Assembly (NCBI GenBank): GCA_034679465.1
Contig: JAXDAV010000026.1
Coordinates: 239-64,238, forward strand
Source of the DNA: Candidatus Aminicenantes bacterium
GTDB taxonomy: Bacteria; Acidobacteriota; Aminicenantia; Aminicenantales; Saccharicenantaceae
Reading direction: 5' to 3'
Length of the DNA: 64,000 nt
How positions within the stretch are numbered: position 1 is the stretch's first letter; each line of letters opens with the position of its first letter. The notes under the pieces were generated by a model. It worked only from the letters and a program-made list of their open reading frames with translations. It was not told the origin of the DNA and made no database searches. Of the stretch, positions 25,767 to 34,130 are shown in pieces. Made by a program: the position numbers and the translations under genes.

Positions 25767-26834
25767 ATGTTCATCATGCCCCAGAGCCAGGCCCGGGCCC
25801 TCGCCGCCGCGCTCGCCGAGGACCACGACCTTTACGGCCCCGTCCTCCCGGAGGACGCCGGCGAGCCGATGTTCGAGCGGGCGGACGACCCGGCCGCGAT
25901 CCATCTGGACGCCGCGATCCCCTACAACCCGCCGAAGTCCGCCGTCTTCCCCCAGTCCGAGCGGATCCTGTCCTACCGCTATGACCGGGAGGCCCGGCGG
26001 GCCTCCATCGTCCGCGACGACCTCGTCCGGCCCAAGGCCCTGGTCGGCATCCGCGCCTGCGACCTCACGGGGCTTCTCTGCCTCGACCGCTTCTTCCTCG
26101 GCCAGGAATACGTCGATGAGGTCTACCGCGACCACCGCAAGAAGATGTTCATCGTCGCCGTGACCTGCGTCCGGCCGTTCCCCCAGTGTTTCTGCGTCTG
26201 CACCGACAGCGGGCCGGCGCCGCGGGAAGGCTACGACGTCGCCCTGACCGCGGTCGGCGACGACTACCTCTTTGAGGCCGGGAGCGAAAAGGGAGAGGCC
26301 CTGGCCCGCCGGCTCGGCCTGAAGGCGGCCGGCCCGGGCGCCGCGGCGCTCAAGGCCAAGACGGTCGACGCCTCGATCGCCCGCTTCGACGCCGAGGCCA
26401 CCGAGAACAAGGCCTGGATCTCGCGGGTCATGAACCGGATCACCACGGGCTTCATCGGCAACGACGTCTGGGAATACATCGGCGACCAGTGCTTCGAGTG
26501 CGGGGCCTGCGCCTTCGTCTGTCCGACCTGCTCCTGCTTCAATATCGAGGACGTCAACACCCGCGGGGGCGGGACCGACCGGATGCGGTCCTGGGATTCC
26601 TGTTCCTTCGAGGGCTACACGCGGATGGCCGGCGACCACAATCCCCGCCGCCCGGTCGAGGACCGGAGGAACAAGCGCTTCTTCTGCAAGCTGTCCTATT
26701 CCCAATCCAAGAAATACCTCAGGCCGGGGTGCGTCGGCTGCGGCCGCTGCAACCGGGTCTGCCCGGGCGACATCGGCATCGCCAACGTCGTCACCACCAT
26801 CCGGCGGGAGATCACCAAGGCAGGTGCGAAATGA
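25767..26834 (+). CDS. Fe-S subunit, AsrA / sulfhydrogenase-beta-like (two 4Fe-4S motifs)
   Basis: CFECGACAFVCPTCSCF and CVGCGRCNRVCPGD motifs. Starts 3 nt after the MopB stop (GTG 25761 or ATG 25767). Overlaps the next gene by ATGA. Confidence 0.75.
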   Translation: MFIMPQSQARALAAALAEDHDLYGPVLPEDAGEPMFERADDPAAIHLDAAIPYNPPKSAVFPQSERILSYRYDREARRASIVRDDLVRPKALVGIRACDLTGLLCLDRFFLGQEYVDEVYRDHRKKMFIVAVTCVRPFPQCFCVCTDSGPAPREGYDVALTAVGDDYLFEAGSEKGEALARRLGLKAAGPGAAALKAKTVDASIARFDAEATENKAWISRVMNRITTGFIGNDVWEYIGDQCFECGACAFVCPTCSCFNIEDVNTRGGGTDRMRSWDSCSFEGYTRMAGDHNPRRPVEDRRNKRFFCKLSYSQSKKYLRPGCVGCGRCNRVCPGDIGIANVVTTIRREITKAGAK

Positions 26835-27673
26835 GCGAAGCGCGCGCCGGGGCCATCGTCACCGTCCCCGAGGTCGCCGTCATCGACGAGATCCGCGACG
26901 AGATCGAGGACGTCCGGACGTTCTACTTCTCGTTCGAGGACCCCGCGGTCGCCCGGAGCTTCCGGATCAAGTCGGGCCAGTTCGTCATGTGCACGGTCTT
27001 CGGGGCCGGCGAGTTCGCCGTCTCCCTGCCCTTCAGCCCGGAGGGCGACCGTCCCCACCTCTCCGTCCGCCAAGTCGGCAAGGTCACCCGGGCCCTCCAT
27101 GAGCTCCGGGCCGGGGACAAGATCGGGATCCGGGGGCCCTTCGGCAACGGCTTCCCGTTCGAGGCCATCAAGGGCCGGAACGTCATCTATGTCGCCGGCG
27201 GCATCGGGCTCATCCCGCTCCGCTCGTCCATCGTCCACGTCCTCCAGCACCGGCGGGACTTCGGCCGGATCGTGCTCATCTACGGCTCCCGGTCGTCGAG
27301 GGAGCTGATGTACCGCGACATGATCGAGCGCTGGCGGGCCACCGAGGGCTTCGAGACCTATTTCACCGTCGACCGGCCCGAGCCGGGCTGGACGGGCCCC
27401 GTCGGCTTCGTCCACACGCTCGTCGGCCCGGCCCAGGTCCCGGTCGAGAACACGGTCGCCTTCGTCTGCGGCCCGCCGGTCATGTTCAACTCGGTCATCA
27501 AGGAGCTCCTGGCCGCCGGCCTCAAGGACGAGGCCATCATCTCGACCCTCGAGCGGCACATGAAGTGCGGCATCGGCAAGTGCCAGCATTGCGCCATCGG
27601 GCGGACCCTCGTCTGCACGGACGGCCCGGTCTATACCTACAAGCAGATCAAGACGCTGGGGGAGCAGATATGA
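26831..27673 (+). CDS. FAD/NAD(P)-binding + 2Fe-2S subunit, AsrB / sulfhydrogenase-gamma / PyrK-like
   Basis: In-frame part of ORF 26489..27673, start ATG 26831. Ferredoxin-reductase-type fold (IKSGQFVM, GPFGNGF, VAGGIGLIPL). C-terminal cluster motif HMKCGIGKCQHCAIG...VCTDGP. Confidence 0.75.
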   Translation: MSEARAGAIVTVPEVAVIDEIRDEIEDVRTFYFSFEDPAVARSFRIKSGQFVMCTVFGAGEFAVSLPFSPEGDRPHLSVRQVGKVTRALHELRAGDKIGIRGPFGNGFPFEAIKGRNVIYVAGGIGLIPLRSSIVHVLQHRRDFGRIVLIYGSRSSRELMYRDMIERWRATEGFETYFTVDRPEPGWTGPVGFVHTLVGPAQVPVENTVAFVCGPPVMFNSVIKELLAAGLKDEAIISTLERHMKCGIGKCQHCAIGRTLVCTDGPVYTYKQIKTLGEQI

Positions 27674-28176
27674 CCTTCGGCCCGTCCGACCTCGCCGATC
27701 TCCTTCAGGAGCCGACCTGCCTCGTCGGCGTCGGCAATCCCCTGCGGCGCGACGACGGCGTCGGCCCCTGGATCGTCGCCGCCGTCCGGGCGGCCGTCGA
27801 CGGGACGGGACTGGACCTCGTCGACGCGCAGGACGTCCCGGAGAACTTCGTCCCCTCGATCGCCCGCGGCGATTGCCGGAACGTCGTCTTCGTCGACGCC
27901 GCGGCCGCCGCCGGGACGCCGGGGACGGTCATCTTCGGCCCCCTGGCCGATTTCGCCGAAGCCGGGAGCTTCTCGACCCACAAGCTCGCCCTCTCGCTCA
28001 GCGGCAAGTTCCTCGAAGCCGCCGGGAAGAAGGTCTTCCTGCTCGGCATCGTCCCCGCCGACATCGATTTCGGCGAGGGGCTCACGCCCGCGGTGGCCCA
28101 GGCCGCGGCCGCGCTCCGCGACCTCATCCTCGGCTCGTGCGACCTGGCCCGCCTGGAGAAACGCCATGACCGCTGA
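27670..28176 (+). CDS. hycI: [NiFe]-hydrogenase maturation endopeptidase (HycI-type)
   Basis: LVGVGNPLRRDDGVGPWI signature. 168 aa. ATGA overlap with the upstream gene. Confidence 0.8.
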   Translation: MTFGPSDLADLLQEPTCLVGVGNPLRRDDGVGPWIVAAVRAAVDGTGLDLVDAQDVPENFVPSIARGDCRNVVFVDAAAAAGTPGTVIFGPLADFAEAGSFSTHKLALSLSGKFLEAAGKKVFLLGIVPADIDFGEGLTPAVAQAAAALRDLILGSCDLARLEKRHDR

Positions 28177-30025
28177 TCTCTTCACCCGCCTCTTCGCCGG
28201 CTTCGGGGTCCTGGCCGCCGCCGCCGTCGTGTCGCCCCTCCTGGCCCGGTCGCGGAGGACCGCCGGCCTCGTCCATCTCGGCCTCGTTTCCGTCTCGGCG
28301 GTCCTGCTGCTCACGGTGAGCTTCGAGGCCCTGTTCGGCGGCGCGGGCCACGCCTCCCGGGCGATCGCCCTCGGCGGGCTCTCCGTCCCCTTCCTCGTCG
28401 ACGGCCTCTCCGGGCTCTTCCTGGCCCTCATCGCCTTCATGGCCGTGATGAGCGCGATCTATTCCGTCCGCTATATGGACCATTACCCGGACTACGGCCT
28501 GGGCGGCTATGTCCTCTGCTTCCCTCTCTTCATCCTGGGCATGGCCGCGCTCGTCACCGTGGACGACCTGGCCCTCGGCTTCACCCTGGCCTGGCAGATC
28601 ATGACCGTCGCCTCCTTTGTTCTCGTCCGTTTCGAGCGCCGGAAGGCGGAGAACCGGCGGAGCGCCGCGAAGTACCTCGTCCTCATGGAGCTGGCCTGGC
28701 TGCTCGTCGTGGCCGGGGCCTTCTTCGTCCGGGGCTACGAGCCCGGCGCGCCCCTGGCCGAGATCGCGGCCGGGCTGGGCGCGACGGACGGCCTGCCGCT
28801 CGTCGGCTTCCTGGCCTTCCTCCTCGTCGGCTTCGGCCTGAAGGCCGGCGTCTGGCCCCTCGGCCAGCTCTGGCTGCCCGACGCCCACTCGATCGCCCCG
28901 TCGCCGGTGAGCGCTCTCCTGAGCGGCGTCATGCTCAAGACCGGGATCTACGGACTCTTGAGGACCTTCCTGTTCATGACCCCGGCGGCGAACCCCGCCT
29001 TCGACGGCGGGACCTGGGGCCTCATCCTGGCCGCGATCGGTGCGGCGACGCTCCTCATCGGCACGATCCAGTCGATGAAGCAGAGCGACGCGAAACGGCT
29101 CCTGGCCTACAGCTCGATCGGCCAGATCGGCTACATCGTCCTGGCCGCGGGGGCGGTCCTCTATCTGGGGACGACGGGCCATCCGGCCCTGCGGGCCCTG
29201 GCCGTCGCGGCCGTCATCGGGGCCCTGTTCCATGTCCTCAACCACGCCATCTTCAAAGGCCTGCTGTTCCTCACGAGCGGCAGCATCCTCTACGCCACCG
29301 GGACCAAGGACCTCAACAGGCTCGGCGGGCTCATCCGCCTGATGCCGGTGAGCGCCGTCATCGCCGGGATCGCCTCGCTCGCCATCTCGGGCCTGCCGCC
29401 CTTCAGCGGCTTCGCCAGCAAATGGACGATCATCTCCAGCTCGCTCCTGGCCGGGGACGCGACCGTCCTTCTGGTCCTCTTCGGCATCATCGCCCTGTTC
29501 ACGAGCGCCGTGACCCTGGCCTGCTACGTCAAGTTCTTCGGCATGGCCTTCACCTCGGCCGGCTCCGAGTGGAACGTCGGGAAGACGGTCCGCGAGGTCC
29601 CGGTCTCGATGCTCGCCCCCAAGATCGTCCTGGCCGCCGTCGCGCTCGCCCAGGGGCTCTTCCCGGTCCTCTCGGTCGGGCTCGTCCTGACCGCCCTGCG
29701 GAGGTCCGAGGGCTTCCTGCTCGCCGGCGACGTCGCCGCCTCGAGCGGTCCTGTCGCGGCCTCGATCGGGGGGGTCCGCCTGACGGGTCTCAACGGTCTG
29801 CCGCTCAACGCGGCCGCCGCGCCGCTCGTCGTCCTGCTCGTCCTCGGCCTGGGCCTCGCGATCGGGGCCCTGCTGCGGAGGTCGGGCGGCTCGAAGGAAG
29901 TCGAGGCGCCCACCTGGCTCTGCGGCTACCAGAGCCTCAACGACGCCAACCGGTACGCGGACCGGAGCATGTTCGCCGCCCTGCGGGGCCTGTTCAAGCT
30001 CGCCGGCGGAAAGAGCGGCAAGTAG
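28166..30025 (+). CDS. hycC: Antiporter-like membrane subunit (HycC/HyfB, NuoL/M/N family)
   Basis: 619-aa polytopic protein with the NuoL/M-type core (LPDAHSIAPSPVSALLSGVMLKTGIYGLLR, AYSSIGQIGYI). Confidence 0.85.
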   Translation: MTADLFTRLFAGFGVLAAAAVVSPLLARSRRTAGLVHLGLVSVSAVLLLTVSFEALFGGAGHASRAIALGGLSVPFLVDGLSGLFLALIAFMAVMSAIYSVRYMDHYPDYGLGGYVLCFPLFILGMAALVTVDDLALGFTLAWQIMTVASFVLVRFERRKAENRRSAAKYLVLMELAWLLVVAGAFFVRGYEPGAPLAEIAAGLGATDGLPLVGFLAFLLVGFGLKAGVWPLGQLWLPDAHSIAPSPVSALLSGVMLKTGIYGLLRTFLFMTPAANPAFDGGTWGLILAAIGAATLLIGTIQSMKQSDAKRLLAYSSIGQIGYIVLAAGAVLYLGTTGHPALRALAVAAVIGALFHVLNHAIFKGLLFLTSGSILYATGTKDLNRLGGLIRLMPVSAVIAGIASLAISGLPPFSGFASKWTIISSSLLAGDATVLLVLFGIIALFTSAVTLACYVKFFGMAFTSAGSEWNVGKTVREVPVSMLAPKIVLAAVALAQGLFPVLSVGLVLTALRRSEGFLLAGDVAASSGPVAASIGGVRLTGLNGLPLNAAAAPLVVLLVLGLGLAIGALLRRSGGSKEVEAPTWLCGYQSLNDANRYADRSMFAALRGLFKLAGGKSGK

Positions 30026-30037
30026 GGAGAGATTCGC

Positions 30038-31723
30038 ATGGACGCCATCGCCCGGATCGCCAACGAGCTCAGGGCCCGCTTCGGCCCCGACATCCAGGGG
30101 GTCGAGTCGCCGTCCCCGACCAGGCTCTTCGTCGACATCGACCGCCGGGCCCTGCGCGGCGCCGCCCAGGCCCTGGTCGACCTCGGGGCCCGCTACATGG
30201 TCGGCATCGGCACCGACGAGATCGCCCGCCGCGGCCGGCTCGGGCTCATCCACACCTTCGCCTTCGACGCGGACCACGTCGGCGTGGCCCTGCGCTCCTC
30301 CGCCCCGGCCGGCGACCCGGTGTTCGAGTCCATCACGCCCGCCATCCCCAGCGCCGGCTGGACGGAGCGGGAATACCGGGACCTGCTCGGGATGACCTTC
30401 ACCGGGCACCCCAAGCCGAAACGGCTCATCCTGGCCGACGACTGGCCGGACGGCGTCCACCCCCTGCGCAAGGACGTCCCCTACAACCTCGTGCCCCCGG
30501 CCGCCGAGGACGTCGCCTACCGGCTCGACGAGGCCCCGCCCGGGACGACGACCGTGCCCATCGGGCCCTTCCATGTCAGCCTCCACGAGCCCGAGCATTT
30601 CGCCGTCTTCGTCGACGGCGAGACGATCAAGGGCTGCGACTACCGCGGCTTCATGACCCACCGGGGCATCGAGAAGCTTTGCCAGACCCAGGTCAGCTAC
30701 AACGAGGTCCCCTTCGTCGCCGAGCGGATCTGCGGCATCTGCGGCTCGGTCCACGCCGTCTGCTACGCCCAGGCGGTCGAGGCGGCCGCGGGCCTCCGGA
30801 TCTCGCGGCGGTCCGAATACATCCGGACCGTCCTGCTCGAGATCGAGCGCCTCCACTCCCACCTCCTCTGGCTCGGCATCGCCGGCCATCTCATCGGCTT
30901 CGATACGGTCTTCATGCAGGCCTGGCGCGTCCGGGAGAAGGTCATGTGGCTGGCCGAGCGGTTCACCGGCAACCGCAAGACCTACGGCATGGTCCTCATC
31001 GGCGGCGTCCGCCGCGACATCACGCCTGAGATCCGGGCCGACCTGGAGGCCCTCCTCACGACCCTGGAGAAGGAGGTCCTGGTCCTCAAGAACGCGGTCA
31101 TCGGCGACACGGCCATCCATCGCCGGACGAAGGGCGTCGGCTTTCTGTCGAAGGAGGAAACGGTCCGCTGGAGCCTCATCGGCCCCGTGGCCCGGGCCCG
31201 CGGCCTCGGTCTCGACGTCCGCAAGGACCACCCCTACGCGGCCTACGACGACCTGGCCTTCGACGTCCCGGTCGTCGATTCCGGCGACGTCTGGGGGACC
31301 CTGGTCGTCCGGGTCCTCGAGATCTTCGAGTCCATCGCCATCCTGCGCCAGGCCCTGGCCAAGATGCCGGCCGACGGGCCGCTCCTCATCGAGGTCCCCG
31401 AGGCCCTGCCGGCCCTCCGCCACGGCCTGTCCATGGTCGAGGCGCCCCGCGGCGAATCGGTCCACTACGTCATCACCGGCGAGGAGAACCGGCCCGAGCG
31501 CTGGCGCGTCCGCGCTCCGACCTACGCGAACCTGCAGGCCGTGCCGGCGATGCTCCTCGACAACCAGTTCGCCGATTTCCCCATCATCCTGGGCCAGATC
31601 GATCCGTGCTTCTCCTGCACCGATCGCGTGGCGGTCATCGACGCCCGGTCGGGCCGCCGGCGCGTCCTCGACCGGGCGGCGCTCGAGGGCCTGTCGCGAC
31701 GGCCCGCGGGCGGGAGGAGCTGA
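30038..31723 (+). CDS. hycE: Group 4 [NiFe]-hydrogenase large subunit fused to NuoC-like domain (HycE-type)
   Basis: N-terminal NuoC-like domain of about 150 aa. L1 motif RICGICGSVH. L2 motif DPCFSCTDR, followed by a C-terminal extension of about 31 aa, as expected for HycI processing. Confidence 0.9.
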   Translation: MDAIARIANELRARFGPDIQGVESPSPTRLFVDIDRRALRGAAQALVDLGARYMVGIGTDEIARRGRLGLIHTFAFDADHVGVALRSSAPAGDPVFESITPAIPSAGWTEREYRDLLGMTFTGHPKPKRLILADDWPDGVHPLRKDVPYNLVPPAAEDVAYRLDEAPPGTTTVPIGPFHVSLHEPEHFAVFVDGETIKGCDYRGFMTHRGIEKLCQTQVSYNEVPFVAERICGICGSVHAVCYAQAVEAAAGLRISRRSEYIRTVLLEIERLHSHLLWLGIAGHLIGFDTVFMQAWRVREKVMWLAERFTGNRKTYGMVLIGGVRRDITPEIRADLEALLTTLEKEVLVLKNAVIGDTAIHRRTKGVGFLSKEETVRWSLIGPVARARGLGLDVRKDHPYAAYDDLAFDVPVVDSGDVWGTLVVRVLEIFESIAILRQALAKMPADGPLLIEVPEALPALRHGLSMVEAPRGESVHYVITGEENRPERWRVRAPTYANLQAVPAMLLDNQFADFPIILGQIDPCFSCTDRVAVIDARSGRRRVLDRAALEGLSRRPAGGRS

Positions 31724-31725
31724 CC

Positions 31726-32628
31726 ATGAGCGTCGTCGCCGTCTTCGTCAACGTCCTCCTGTTCCTCCTCCTCGCCCCGCTCTTCGAGGGCGTGATGCGG
31801 AAGATCACCGCCCGGGTCCAGTCCCGCCAGGGCCCGCCGGTCGTCCAGCCGTATTATGACCTGCTCAAGCTCCTCGGCAAGGAGCGGATCAACTCGGCCG
31901 GGACTTGGGCCTTCAGGCTGGCCCCGCCGGCCGCGTTCGCCTCGATCCTGGCCGTCGTCGCCCTCGTCCCCTTCGGCTCGAAGCTCAACGCCCTGGGCGG
32001 CCGCGTCGACGCCGTCACCGTCATCTATCTGCTGACGCTCGGCGGCGTCTCCGTCCTCCTCGGGGCCCTGGCCAGCCGCAACACCTTCGCGGCGATCGGG
32101 GCCTCGCGGGAGATGGTGACCATGGTCATGGTCGAGCCCGTCCTGGCCATGACCCTCATCCTCGGCGCCGTCCGGGGCGGGAGCCTGGGGCTGGGCGCGG
32201 CCGTCTTCAGCACCGCCGCGCGGGGCTACAGCGTCGCCACCGCGGTCATGCTCGTCGCCTACCTCCTGGCCCTGCAGGCGTTCGTGGCCAAACAGCCTTT
32301 CGACATCGCCGAGGCCGAGATCGAGATCCTCGAGGGGCCGTTCATCGAGTACAGCGGGCCCGACTACGGCCTGTTCCGCTATTACCTGATGATGAAGCAG
32401 ATGTTCTACGCCTGGCTCTTCGTCGCCGTCTTCCTGCCCTTCCTCCGGACGGGCGCGTACGCCGGCGACGTCCTGGCCCAGCTGGCCGGGACCTTCATCG
32501 TCTTCGTCCTCATCGCCGTGGTCGGATCGACCAACCCGCGCCTGCGGATCGACCAGGCCGTCAAGATCTACGCCGTCCTCGTCCTCGTCGCGCTCGGCGC
32601 GGTCGGGCTGGCCGTCGCGGGAATCTGA
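31726..32628 (+). CDS. hycD: Membrane subunit HycD (NuoH-like)
   Basis: In-frame part of ORF 31606..32628, start ATG 31726 (MSVVAVFVNVLLFLLLAPLFEGVMRKITARVQSRQGPP, the typical NuoH/HycD N-terminus). Confidence 0.85.
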   Translation: MSVVAVFVNVLLFLLLAPLFEGVMRKITARVQSRQGPPVVQPYYDLLKLLGKERINSAGTWAFRLAPPAAFASILAVVALVPFGSKLNALGGRVDAVTVIYLLTLGGVSVLLGALASRNTFAAIGASREMVTMVMVEPVLAMTLILGAVRGGSLGLGAAVFSTAARGYSVATAVMLVAYLLALQAFVAKQPFDIAEAEIEILEGPFIEYSGPDYGLFRYYLMMKQMFYAWLFVAVFLPFLRTGAYAGDVLAQLAGTFIVFVLIAVVGSTNPRLRIDQAVKIYAVLVLVALGAVGLAVAGI

Positions 32629-32650
32629 GGGAGAGCGGGGGAGAAGCGCC

Positions 32651-33196
32651 ATGTGGCTCATCAGCAAGATCAAACAGCTCCTCTTGGTCTCGAAGCCGGG
32701 GGTCGTCACCCTGAAGTACCCCTTCGAGCCCCGGCCGGCCCCGGAGGGCTTCCGCGGCGCCCCGCACTGGGACCACACCAAGTGCGTCGGCTGCGCCGGC
32801 TGCGCCGAGCACTGCCCGGCCCGGACGATCATGGTCCGGGACCTCTGCCAGGAGATCCGGGTGCTCCTCTACGACGGGGCCCGCTGCACCTACTGCGGCC
32901 GCTGCGCCGACGTCTGCCCCGAGAAGGCCATCGCCATGACCCCCCGGTTCGAACAGGCGACCGAGGACCGGAACGACATCACCGAAACGCTCGAGCTCTT
33001 CATGCTCACCTGCCAGCGCTGCGGCCGCTGCTACGACATGGAGACGACCAACGCCGTCGACAGGCTCGGCCTGACCGGCTACCGCTACGACAGCCTCGAG
33101 GCCCGGACGGTCATCCGCCGGGCGACCGACACCTTCCAGCCGGGCGAGCTCCGGACGACCGAGCGCTACGAGCGGCCGACAGAGACAGGAGACTGA
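32651..33196 (+). CDS. hycF: 2x[4Fe-4S] subunit HycF (NuoI-like)
   Basis: CVGCAGCAEHCP and CTYCGRCADVCP motifs, plus CQRCGRC. 181 aa. Confidence 0.85.
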   Translation: MWLISKIKQLLLVSKPGVVTLKYPFEPRPAPEGFRGAPHWDHTKCVGCAGCAEHCPARTIMVRDLCQEIRVLLYDGARCTYCGRCADVCPEKAIAMTPRFEQATEDRNDITETLELFMLTCQRCGRCYDMETTNAVDRLGLTGYRYDSLEARTVIRRATDTFQPGELRTTERYERPTETGD

Positions 33197-33198
33197 CC

Positions 33199-33729
33199 AT
33201 GCTGGGTCCGATCGCCAGGAAGTGCTTCCCCCGCTCGCTCTGGGTCTACCACTGCAACAGCGGCGCCTGCAACGGCTGTGACATCGAGGTCCTGAACATC
33301 CTGACGCCCTACTATGACGTCGAGCGGTTCGGCATCAAGCTGGTCGGATCGCCGCGCCACGCCGACGTCATGCTCCTCTCGGGCGCCGTCACCCGGCCGA
33401 CCCTGCCCCTGGTCAAGAGGGCCTACGCGGCCATGCCCGGCCCCAAGCTCGTCTTCGGCATCGGGTCCTGCGCCACGGGCGGCGGCTGCTGGTTCGACAC
33501 CTACAACGTCAGCGGCGGCGGGGCCGCGGCCGTCCCGGTCGATTACTTCATCCCCGGCTGCCCGCCGCGGCCGGAAGCGATCATCTACGGCGTCGCCCTG
33601 GCCCTCGGCCTGGTCGACAAGAAGGCCGCGCCGGTCGAGCTGAAGCAGGTCGAGTTCCCGATCGACATGTACGAGCGGAACAAGGCCTGGGAGGACCGGA
33701 ACGTCATCTACGAGGTCTTGAACAAATGA
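33199..33729 (+). CDS. hycG: [NiFe]-hydrogenase small subunit HycG (NuoB-like)
   Basis: In-frame part of ORF 32653..33729, start ATG 33199. CNSGACNGCDIE, GSPRHADVMLLSG, GSCATGGGCW, IPGCPPRPE. Confidence 0.9.
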   Translation: MLGPIARKCFPRSLWVYHCNSGACNGCDIEVLNILTPYYDVERFGIKLVGSPRHADVMLLSGAVTRPTLPLVKRAYAAMPGPKLVFGIGSCATGGGCWFDTYNVSGGGAAAVPVDYFIPGCPPRPEAIIYGVALALGLVDKKAAPVELKQVEFPIDMYERNKAWEDRNVIYEVLNK

Positions 33730-34130
33730 ACAAGAAGATCCTCATCGTCGACGACGACCGGGACCTCGTCGCCAGCCTGGCCCAGGTCATGAAGGGGAGC
33801 GGCTACGACGTCGCGGCCGCGCACAGCGGGGCGGACGGCCTCAAGGCCGTGCTGGCCGAGCGGCCCGACCTGGTCATCCTCGACGTCATGATGGAGACGG
33901 ACACGGCCGGGTTCGAGGCGGCCGGCGTCATCCGCAGCCGCCGCGAGACGTCCAAGTACCGGGCCTTCCGCGACGTGCCCATCATCATCCTGACGGCCAT
34001 CGACCAGGTGACCAATTCGCGCTTCTCGATGGACCCGTCCGACAGCTTCCTCCCGGGAACGAACGAGTTCCTGACCAAGCCGGTCGACCTCGACGAGCTG
34101 CTGGCCACGATCGGCCGCGCCCTGCGATGA
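33726..34130 (+). CDS. Single-domain response regulator (receiver)
   Basis: KKILIVDDDRDL...DLVILDVMMETDTAG...PIIILTA...KP. ATGA overlap with the hycG stop and with the downstream kinase start. Confidence 0.85.
   Translation: MNKKILIVDDDRDLVASLAQVMKGSGYDVAAAHSGADGLKAVLAERPDLVILDVMMETDTAGFEAAGVIRSRRETSKYRAFRDVPIIILTAIDQVTNSRFSMDPSDSFLPGTNEFLTKPVDLDELLATIGRALR

Noticed and set aside
28124-31465. 1113-aa ORF on the minus strand. Similar very long antisense or alternate-frame ORFs occur elsewhere, for example 49599..52361 (-), 54610..57156 (-), 57991..60564 (-), 33803..36202 (-), 4316..6319 (-), 23650..25446 (-), 18843..20783 (-) and 12076..14073 (-).
   Set aside because: They lie opposite to, or out of frame with, genes that have strong family motifs. 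Their translations are low-complexity and rich in R/G/P/D/E/A, and they show no recognisable motifs. Such shadow ORFs are expected in DNA of about 68% GC, where stop codons are rare.
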